Source: an uncultured Thermoplasmatales archaeon
GTDB lineage: Archaea; Thermoplasmatota; E2; UBA202; DSCA01
Assembly: GCA_964514975.1 (NCBI GenBank)
Contig: CAZESS010000005.1
Location: 33,678-97,677, forward strand
Direction: 5' to 3'
Length of the DNA: 64,000 bases
Positions 56,643 through 64,000 of the stretch are shown in pieces. A program made the position numbers and the translations under genes. The stretch's first letter is position 1. Every line of letters begins with the position of its first letter. Under the pieces are notes generated by a model. That model was not told the origin of the DNA and made no database searches. It was given only the letters and a program-made list of their open reading frames with translations.

Positions 56643-57779
56643 TTATATGGATTGCGCCCCACGGGGATAAAAACGAGCCGCAAGCTTTGCAACGTCGTCG
56701 CGGACCTGCTCGCCCTTCCATGCGGCATGCATGAGCTGGGCGATGGTTTCCATCTCGTCCTGTTTCATGCCGACATGGGTGGCCTCGGCGACGCCGACCC
56801 GGCCGGAGATGTCGATGAATATAGCCTGTTGTTCAAGGCGACGGCAGAGCTCACATGCCTCGTCCGGCTGCAATGACAGGAGCACCTGATGCGACCTCGT
56901 GAACTCGCGCTCGGCGAAATGGACGGGCATGCCGAGGTCGTGCAACGCGCTCGCGAGCGCCTGTGCGTTGGCGACCACCTGCCGTGCATATGCTTCCCCG
57001 TGGTCACGCATTTCCTCCAGGGTTATGCCCAGCGCTGCGATACGGTGCAGATGCGGATTGTCTACCAGCCCGATGCCCGCATCGAAATCAAACTCGAGCA
57101 TGCCGGCCAGCGCCGCTGCTTTTTCCGAGGAATTGGTCAGCACGATGCCGCCCTGCGGACCGGGAAACGACTTGTGAGTGGAGCCGATCATGACATCTGC
57201 GCCCTCCTGCAACGGTTGCTGGAACATGCCGCCGGCGACGAGGCCGAGGACGTGGGAGGCGTCGTAGAGGAGCGTGTCCTGCCCTGCATCCTGGAGCGGG
57301 CCGACGGGATGGGGAAACGGGATGGTGGAGGCGCCGAGCATGGTCATCGCTGGCTGCTGCTCCGCAACCAGCTCGCGGGCTTCCCTTGCCCGGACTTGGT
57401 AATCCTGGGTCGGGAGCGGCAGCAGCGTCCGCCCGAACTTGTGGTAGCCGAACGGGTAGCCACCCTGCTCCTTCGGCACGGCTGCAACGACGTCGCCGTG
57501 CCCGGTAAACGAGAACAGGCAGGCGAGGTCGCACATGTTGCCGGAGAGCGGTGTAACATATGCATGCCGGGCGCCGAACACCTCCAATGCAAGCTGTTCC
57601 ACCCTTGCGACGAGCTCCGCTGCATATTGATAGCCGCCGTACCATTCCTCGCCATACCGGCCGGCCAGGTCTGATGATAGCGCCTGAAGCGCCGCACGGG
57701 TCATCCGGTTTTCTGAGACGATGAGGTTGATGCCGGACAGACGGTAGCGCTCATGCTGTCTGATAAGCGAGGACACCAT
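56643..57779 (-). CDS. Serine hydroxymethyltransferase-fold PLP enzyme (divergent)
   Basis: INLIVSEN, YDASHVLGL and STHKSFPGPQGG; several SHMT folate-site motifs are absent. Confidence 0.8.
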   Translation of the reverse strand: MVSSLIRQHERYRLSGINLIVSENRMTRAALQALSSDLAGRYGEEWYGGYQYAAELVARVEQLALEVFGARHAYVTPLSGNMCDLACLFSFTGHGDVVAAVPKEQGGYPFGYHKFGRTLLPLPTQDYQVRAREARELVAEQQPAMTMLGASTIPFPHPVGPLQDAGQDTLLYDASHVLGLVAGGMFQQPLQEGADVMIGSTHKSFPGPQGGIVLTNSSEKAAALAGMLEFDFDAGIGLVDNPHLHRIAALGITLEEMRDHGEAYARQVVANAQALASALHDLGMPVHFAEREFTRSHQVLLSLQPDEACELCRRLEQQAIFIDISGRVGVAEATHVGMKQDEMETIAQLMHAAWKGEQVRDDVAKLAARFYPRGAQSI

Positions 57780-57808
57780 AATATCATAGCCGGATGTGAT
57801 TTAAAACG

Positions 57809-58711
57809 TTATCCCAGCCGGTATTTCCGCCAGGCGACGGCTACGATGACAATGATGACGAGGATGCCGATGACCACGGCGGCGATAGTGCCTATGGAGA
57901 TGCCCTCGGTGTCGGCGCGGAGCGAGATGGGCTTGGTAAAGGTGTACTCCTGGCCGTCTTCGTCGGTCGACGAGTAGGTTATCTTGAGCCATGGCTCCTC
58001 GGTGGTCGCCTTGTTTGACTCGAAGGTGAGCGGGAGCGAGGCAGTGTTGTCGCCCTCGTATGCAGATGGGATGTACAGGGTGCCGCCATAGTAGGGAGAT
58101 GTCGACGTGACCTCCCATCCATCGGAGAGGTTCATGACCTCAACCTGGACGGCGACCTCACCGTTGCACTGGTTGGTCATGTTGAGATATACCCACTCGC
58201 GTTCTCCCTCCATCAGGCGGATGCTGCGCTGTGAGAGCTCGGCGCTAATGTTGTTGTTGACGAACGCCTGCTCGACCTGTATCGTCTGGTTGTAGGAGGC
58301 CTCCTGGATGAGGAGGTTGCCGGGGGTTTCCAGCGAGAGGGTGAACGTGTCGTAGCTGCCCGCCTGGGTCTCGGTCACCGAGGACAGGGTCATGAAGACC
58401 GACTGGCTGGTTTCGCCGCCGAGCAGCCCCTGCGGGGTGAGCGATATCTGGTTTTTGTCCAGTGTGACCATGAGCCATTCCGGCGTGTCCTGCGCGGCGA
58501 TCTTTATCGTGGTCGCCAGCGGCAGGAAGGCACCGAACCCCCAGGTAAACGTGATGTTTGCTTCCAGGGTAACCGAGCCGTCTCCCTCGGGCGGGATGGG
58601 CTGCGGCTGGCCGACGTTGGTCGAGAGGTCGGAGCTGACGAAGCAGGCACCGGTGGCTGGCAGGAACAGCACAAGGAGCAAAAAGGGGGCAATTACCTTT
58701 CCGAATCTCAT
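57809..58711 (-). CDS. Exported protein with C-terminal TM anchor
   Basis: Signal peptide, Ig-like body, TM + WRKYR. Confidence 0.78.
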   Translation of the reverse strand: MRFGKVIAPFLLLVLFLPATGACFVSSDLSTNVGQPQPIPPEGDGSVTLEANITFTWGFGAFLPLATTIKIAAQDTPEWLMVTLDKNQISLTPQGLLGGETSQSVFMTLSSVTETQAGSYDTFTLSLETPGNLLIQEASYNQTIQVEQAFVNNNISAELSQRSIRLMEGEREWVYLNMTNQCNGEVAVQVEVMNLSDGWEVTSTSPYYGGTLYIPSAYEGDNTASLPLTFESNKATTEEPWLKITYSSTDEDGQEYTFTKPISLRADTEGISIGTIAAVVIGILVIIVIVAVAWRKYRLG

Positions 58712-58763
58712 ATACTTTTATGCGCGAGCGATATAATAAATTTTTCACCCCGGCGCTGCGCCG

Positions 58764-59336
58764 TTATTCGATGGTGACACTCTCGATGACGATGTCCTCC
58801 AGCGGCTGTCCGCCGCCGGGGCCGTTTTCAAGGCTACCATCGTGCTCGACGCTCGCAATCTCCCGGACGACGTCCATGCCGTCGATGACCTTGCCGAAGG
58901 CGGCGTACTGTCCGTCGAGGAAATGCTGTGCACCGTCACAGATGAAGAACTGGGCGCTTCCACCGGAGCCAGGGGATGTACTGGCCATGGATATGGCTCC
59001 AGCTACGTGCGTGGCATCGGGATGGCTTTCAAACTCTATCGTCCCATAGGGGCTGTCCTTGGTTGTGCCGTTGGGATAGGTAGACCCTGCCTGTATCATG
59101 AAATCATCCTTGATGCGATGGAAGATGAGCCCGTCATAGAAGCCGTCGTTGGCGAGCTTGATGAAGTTGTCCGTGGTCTTGGGCATCTTGTCCTCGTAGA
59201 GCTCGACGGTGATGGTACCCTTCGATGTCTCGATGACCGCTGTGCTGTTGCCGCCGCCGTCGCCGTTGAGGCAGCCGCCAAACGCGGAGAGCGCTATGAG
59301 CCATGCAGCGGCGATAAGGGGCATTTTTGCTTTCAT
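58764..59336 (-). CDS. Cyclophilin-type peptidyl-prolyl isomerase, probable lipoprotein
   Basis: FGGCL lipobox-like; FYDGLIFHRI, FMIQAG, SAQFFI and LDGQYAAFGKV. Confidence 0.93.
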   Translation of the reverse strand: MKAKMPLIAAAWLIALSAFGGCLNGDGGGNSTAVIETSKGTITVELYEDKMPKTTDNFIKLANDGFYDGLIFHRIKDDFMIQAGSTYPNGTTKDSPYGTIEFESHPDATHVAGAISMASTSPGSGGSAQFFICDGAQHFLDGQYAAFGKVIDGMDVVREIASVEHDGSLENGPGGGQPLEDIVIESVTIE

Positions 59337-59414
59337 GGGGGTGATATTGGAGACGGTTAGATATAGTTTTTGACCCTGCACCTTTGGGAATGAAATCCCT
59401 TTTTCAAAGGGATT

Positions 59415-60506
59415 CTAGGGGACGAGCGCCTGCAGGCGTTCGATGGCGCGGAGCTTGTCTTTCCTGCCGACCGATGCCTCGTCGATGCCCTCCCTGATGA
59501 GCATGGTGGCCTCGTCCATCGCCCGACGGTTGACCGGGTAGGGGATGCCGTCCTTGCCGCCGACGGCGAAGGAATATTTTGCCGGGTCCTGCCATGCCGG
59601 AGGTGAGCCATACATGAGCGCGGAGATGTATGCCAGCACCCGCACCGTCGAAGGGCCGACGCCCTGGATGGCGAGCATGTCCTCGTAGCTGCGGGGCTGC
59701 AGCTCGTATGCCCTGTTGAGCAGCGACCAGTTGAACCGCCGTGGCATGTGCAGCCTTTGTAGAGCTGCATACCCCGTCGCCCGTCCAGGGTGGTCTGCTG
59801 CGGTGGCAGCGTGAGCAGCTTCCAGTCCCGTTTGAGATGCCGTGGGCCGTCGTTGACGAGGTCGACCGACGTGTCGCGCGCCCCGTCGCTGGCATGGGCG
59901 GTCATGTTCATGGTGTCGCCGCGTTCGCCCAGCACCGCCGCATGCGGCTCCTCGGTCATGTCCTGTACCTCGTCGCACAGCCAGTGGTAGCGGCGGGCGT
60001 AGCGCCGGCCGGTGTGCATCCCCTGCTGGATGACCGCCCAGTCGCCCTCTCGCGTGACGAGCATGACGTGGTGGTAGAGCTGGTAGCCGTCCTGGACGGC
60101 TGCATTGTCCACCTTCGCGGCCAACCTGCTGATGTAGCGGAGCCGTTCGACGTGCTGCTCGCCGAGGTCAAAGGTGCTGCCGAGCGCGCCGATTTCTGCC
60201 GGTGTATGCCGGGAGCAGTTGCCCTTACCGCCCGCGACCCTGATGGCGTCATGGCCGGCGAGCGCTTCTTTCAGGGCGCCGCAGGTCACCGTCGTCGTAC
60301 CGGAGGAATGCCAGTCAAAGCCGAGGACGCATGAGAGCGCCTGGAACCAGAACGGGTCGGAGAGGAGCCCGAGGAGATATGCCGGGTCGTGCTCGATAAG
60401 CATGACATCGAAAATGGCGCTGGCGAGCGTGACCATTCTGTCGAACAGCCAGCGGGGTGCGGTGCCCCCCGTGGAGCGGCAGCGACGCGACGCCTGCCCG
60501 TCCCAT
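59415..60506 (-). pseudogene. DUF763 family protein with two 1-nt frameshifts (pseudogene or assembly error)
   Basis: MGRAGVASLPLHGG | APRWLFDRM...GFDWHSSGTTT... | ...YSFAVGGKDGIPYPV. Shifts at C6 60465-70 and near C3 59780-82. Confidence 0.8.
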
Positions 60507-60579
60507 ACAGTGCCATCCCGGCGGGGGTATAAAGATGATATGGGGGGATGGGACAGAACGGTATAAAAGGCTTGTGCCA

Positions 60580-60710
60580 CAGGTGGCGAGGGATGTAGAA
60601 TGGCTGGTTAATGGATAGATTTTCCCAAGGTTACGAATAGTTGTTTCATCTCAATTGTATAGGCACTTCCTATACTTTTACTGATTATTCTACATCACCC
60701 AGGTGGCGAG
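60580..60710. mobile_element. MITE-like element: 10-bp terminal inverted repeats inside 11-bp direct repeats
   Basis: CAGGTGGCGAG at 60580-90 and 60700-10; GATGTAGAAT (60592-601) / ATTCTACATC (60687-96); AT-rich interior. Confidence 0.55.
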
Positions 60711-60714
60711 CACG

Positions 60715-60797
60715 TGGTGAGATGGAGGCAGGGGGAAGAAGAGGCGGTGATTGTGAGAAAAAAGAGAGGAGGGAAACCCTCTTCTTGCCCCCAGAGC
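60715..60797 (-). ncRNA. Candidate small RNA (14-bp hairpin with CCCUCCU loop)
   Basis: Minus-strand CTTTATAAAT at 60830-21; stem 60792-78/60744-31. Confidence 0.5.
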
Positions 60798-60932
60798 GTA
60801 GCTATACCAACAGAGGCATCATTTATAAAGGATATTGTGCAAACGTCGAATCGTTTCGGACAGATGTCGAAACATAAAGGTTTTTATATTCTCTCCAGAT
60901 AAACATGGCGGGGTGTTGCCATCGAGGAAATC

Positions 60933-61166
60933 GTGTTATTTTCATCCATTATCATGGCCGGGCTAGCGGTGCTGCTGGCAGCGGTGTCGGCGATATCGTA
61001 TGCCAGGGTCAGAGACTTGAAGCTCGGGTTGCTCACGACGGCGTTTTCGCTGTTCGTCGTCAAGGGAGCGCTGCTGCTCGCCGGGATGGTGGAGCAAAGC
61101 ACCGGCCTCATCGCGCTGGATCTCTGCATCATCGTGTTTCTGTATCTGGCGACCGCGAAGCGATGA
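60933..61166 (+). CDS. Small three-TM membrane protein paired with an HTH regulator
   Basis: Hydrophobic ORF upstream of the regulator. True start may be ATG 60905 if the G run at 60910-13 carries an extra base. Confidence 0.75.
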   Translation: MLFSSIIMAGLAVLLAAVSAISYARVRDLKLGLLTTAFSLFVVKGALLLAGMVEQSTGLIALDLCIIVFLYLATAKR

Positions 61167-61183
61167 GGTGAGGGTGCGCGGCC

Positions 61184-61735
61184 ATGATGAAAGAGGATAC
61201 GCTGGCGCTTGAAACCCGACGGGACATCTACGATCTTATCGTCAGGTATCCCGGGCTGCATGAGCGGGAGATCGCCCGCCGGCTCGATATTTCGCTGAGC
61301 ACGCTCGACTATCATCTGCATTACATGGAGAAGCGGGGGCTGCTCGTGTCGAAAAAGGACGGTCGCTACACCCGTTATTTCGCGGCGAAGAAGGTGGGGA
61401 TGGAGGACAAAAAAATTATTTCGCTGCTCCGGCAGCAGACGCCCCGGCAGATTGTGCTGTATCTGCTGGAGTATCCCGGGGCCATCCATAAGGATATCTG
61501 CAGCGCGGTCGGCAAGTCTCCGTCGACGGTGTCGTTTCATCTGAAAAAACTGGTCACGGCGGGCATCGTCGAGGCAACGTCGCTGGGCCGGAAGACCGCC
61601 TACCAGGTTGTCGACGAGGAAAGGGTCGTCAACGCGCTTATCACCTATCAGGATACCTTTGTTGACAGCGCCGTCGACAGCTTCGTTGACACCTGGATGT
61701 CGCTGCATCCACGCCCCGACGAGAACGAGGATTAA
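61184..61735 (+). CDS. Tandem winged-HTH (ArsR-like, COG3398 type) transcriptional regulator
   Basis: PGLHEREIAR...STLDYHL and PGAIHKDI...STVSFHLKKL; SD GAGGTGA. Confidence 0.9.
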   Translation: MMKEDTLALETRRDIYDLIVRYPGLHEREIARRLDISLSTLDYHLHYMEKRGLLVSKKDGRYTRYFAAKKVGMEDKKIISLLRQQTPRQIVLYLLEYPGAIHKDICSAVGKSPSTVSFHLKKLVTAGIVEATSLGRKTAYQVVDEERVVNALITYQDTFVDSAVDSFVDTWMSLHPRPDENED

Positions 61736-62955
61736 TCGCGGCGGAACATGCCCCATGCGGCGGCCATGACGACGGCGATTGCACCGGTTGCGGCCAGAGC
61801 CAGCAGCACCGGGTTGTCCGCTATCGTCCTGACGACGACCTGGTGGTCGCTGAAATGCGGGATGCTGACCAGGATGAAAAACTCTTTGCCCCCGGCGGCG
61901 TGTACCTGCACGGGGAGATATTCGGGCTGGAGGCCGTCGTCGTTGGGGTTGAGCACGTCGGCGAGGCTGGATGCCTTCTGCATGTCTCCTCCGTCGAAGA
62001 GCACCTCTAGCTCGTCCATGTCGGTGGACGCAAGGGTGTCTCTGCCGAAGTTTATCTTGACGGTTTTCCCGGTTGCATGGCTGTCGCCGCTCACGTTGAA
62101 CGCGATCCTGCGGGAGGAGAGTTTATCTTCGACGGCGGTAACGGTGACGTTGGCATAGTAGGAGATGACATCGGTCTTGTAGCCCTGCCCGTTTTTCACG
62201 ACGGTGATTTCGCCGCCCAGGGTACCCGCTTCGAGGGCCCCGGCCACCGTCCTGATTGGCTCTTCGTCCTCGAGGGTGCCGGTTTCGACGCCGCGGAACA
62301 TCGCCGTCCGATGCGCGATGATGGTGGTGGTGTCGTTGTGGCAGGACAGCTCGTTGGAGCTGATGATCTTTCCGGAAAAGATAGTCTCACCGGCCTCGTT
62401 CCGCCGCGATATGTTGACGCTGGCCGGGCGGCGTGGATCCGGGGTGACGGTGTAATTGCCGAGGCTGGAGAAAACAATGTCGCCAGTCGTCCGGATCTTG
62501 AAGAACCTGACGGAGGTGTTGTGGATCTCCACCATACAGTTTTCACCCTGATAAATGCAGGTTGAATCGCCCTGAAAGTGTAGCGGCAGATAGGAAAGCT
62601 TATCGGCGTATTCCTGCAACCACTCCTCTTCCTCGAGGAGCGTTTTCAACACCGCGTCGTTCAACACCTGGAAATAGAGGTCGATGCCCCCATCGCGGTA
62701 ACCGATGTCCAAGATGTGCGACCCGTCAGCCGCGTACACCGAAATAATCAATCCTTCGGGCTGCTCCGCATATTCTCCAATGACGCCGCCGGCTTCATAT
62801 GAACGAAAGCTCCCAATGTCAAAATATCCGGCGCCGCCATTGTCGTCCAATGGTGCCGCGGATGCGCTCCCCGCAACGAACAACAACAGGATGGCCAACA
62901 GTATGGCAAGCGAGCAACGTGTCCTCATCCTTTCTCCATAAAAGGCTTTCCTCAT
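61732..62955 (-). CDS. Hypothetical exported protein with C-terminal TM anchor
   Basis: Signal peptide; LVSIPHFS followed by TM + RRD. Confidence 0.78.
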   Translation of the reverse strand: MRKAFYGERMRTRCSLAILLAILLLFVAGSASAAPLDDNGGAGYFDIGSFRSYEAGGVIGEYAEQPEGLIISVYAADGSHILDIGYRDGGIDLYFQVLNDAVLKTLLEEEEWLQEYADKLSYLPLHFQGDSTCIYQGENCMVEIHNTSVRFFKIRTTGDIVFSSLGNYTVTPDPRRPASVNISRRNEAGETIFSGKIISSNELSCHNDTTTIIAHRTAMFRGVETGTLEDEEPIRTVAGALEAGTLGGEITVVKNGQGYKTDVISYYANVTVTAVEDKLSSRRIAFNVSGDSHATGKTVKINFGRDTLASTDMDELEVLFDGGDMQKASSLADVLNPNDDGLQPEYLPVQVHAAGGKEFFILVSIPHFSDHQVVVRTIADNPVLLALAATGAIAVVMAAAWGMFRRD

Positions 62956-62982
62956 ATAAAAAATGTGGAACAGTCATCGAAC

Positions 62983-63903
62983 TTATGGCAGCCGCTCAAG
63001 CAGCGCCGCCGTCATCAGGGGGAGAAGTGCCGTCGCGTCGCCTTCGACGGTGACATGCCGTGCTGTCTCCTGGAGCTTGCCCCAAGAGATGCCCTCCCGC
63101 ATCCGTGCCCCGGACAGGGAGCCATCCCATTCGGGCGAGGTGGTGATGTAGACGGCGCTGTCCAGTCCGCCGCGGTACTGGTTCCACCATATAAGGTGGT
63201 GCTTGGAGATGCCGCCGCCAATGATGAGCGCGCCCATGTCTCTTTCGTGGCTGAAAAACGTGTCGGAGAGCTCCTGTTCATCCTTCAGCAAATCGATGTG
63301 GAAGGGATGTGTCTGCGCGTACATCCATATCTGGGAGCCGACGGCGCCGTCGGTGATGCCGGGCACGTAGACGGGTATGTCATTCCGCGTGGCCCAGGAG
63401 AGGATACTGCTGTCATCGAGGTGATTGCCGAGCGCTGTGCAGAGCTCCCGGGTGCCCCAGCGCTGCTGCTGTTCGTCGAGCTCGGGCAGCCATGTCTGCA
63501 TTTTTTCTTCGATGATGCCCCCGTAGCTGTCGTTGGGGACGAGCACGTTGCCCAGCCGGTTGACGCCTTTTTGGTGCAGCTCGACGTCGTCGAGGGTGAA
63601 GGAGCCGTGATAATAATCGCGGTAGGCACGAGCGATGTCGTGGTCCAGGGTGCCGCAGGTGGTGATGATGAGGTCGACGAGGTCGCGTTTGACGAGCTCC
63701 CGGATGACACCCCGTGCGCCGGTGGCGATGATGCAGGCGGGAAAGGTCAGGCTGACATGGTAATCACTGGTTATCATGTCTTCGAGGATGTCGACCGCGT
63801 CGCCGATTTTTTTGGCGGTGAACCCGCCGCCGGCCTGCATCTGCCGTACAAGCCTGTTGGCGGTCATGTCTGCACGTGGCGTGATGTCTCTGACGGGCTC
63901 CAT
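62983..63903 (-). CDS. dys: Deoxyhypusine synthase
   Basis: GFTA, NRLGN, GITDG, GGGISKHH, DGSLSGA and EGISWGK. Confidence 0.96.
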   Translation of the reverse strand: MEPVRDITPRADMTANRLVRQMQAGGGFTAKKIGDAVDILEDMITSDYHVSLTFPACIIATGARGVIRELVKRDLVDLIITTCGTLDHDIARAYRDYYHGSFTLDDVELHQKGVNRLGNVLVPNDSYGGIIEEKMQTWLPELDEQQQRWGTRELCTALGNHLDDSSILSWATRNDIPVYVPGITDGAVGSQIWMYAQTHPFHIDLLKDEQELSDTFFSHERDMGALIIGGGISKHHLIWWNQYRGGLDSAVYITTSPEWDGSLSGARMREGISWGKLQETARHVTVEGDATALLPLMTAALLERLP

Positions 63904-64000
63904 GACTCTGGCAATAAAAGGAGGTATAAAAAAGATGGGTAGAAAATAGTCTCTGCGAATGACAGGGTGTTTTGCGTTGATTTTTCTCTCTGAGTTTTTC

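Noticed and set aside
59415-60506. DUF763 as a true pseudogene or recoded gene
   Set aside because: Both shifts fall in G runs of the coding strand and all motifs are intact with no nonsense codons. An assembly error is more likely; reads are needed.
1-64000. CRISPR arrays, tRNA/rRNA genes, inteins, transposases, Sec/Pyl readthrough
   Set aside because: By eye there are no regularly spaced repeats, cloverleaf or T-loop signatures, intein-sized insertions or in-frame stops in conserved genes. A tRNAscan/Infernal run is still advisable.

Overview
GC-rich archaeal chromosome segment. Gene content points to Thermoplasmatota of the marine-sediment E2/DHVEG-1/MBG-D type (inference): an archaeal r-protein cluster with rpl4/rps4e/SUI1/Rpp29, aIF5B, aEF-1beta, pelota, deoxyhypusine synthase, TFB, short XPF, and many secreted cysteine peptidases. 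The window holds the S10-spc cluster from rpl3 to rps14, which stops there; housekeeping and metabolic genes; an rqcH-pelota pair; and large exported proteins (two C25/gingipain-like, a C45, and a 2116-aa papain + 2x legumain/caspase-fold polyprotease). No tRNA, rRNA, CRISPR array or transposase was seen. The least explained signals are: (1) three intergenic, TATA-preceded hairpins exposing CCUCC (anti-Shine-Dalgarno-like) tracts, a candidate sRNA family; (2) a ~110-bp MITE-like element; (3) a TFB paralogue with no Zn-ribbon; (4) an SHMT-fold enzyme lacking folate-binding motifs, in an operon with an E1 and a ubiquitin-like sulfur carrier; (5) uS3 with a C-terminal HhH domain; (6) a Nei glycosylase starting MEGP; (7) shared C-terminal domains on secreted proteins; (8) a compositional skew flip inside the polyprotease. 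Several single-base homopolymer frameshifts suggest assembly errors.
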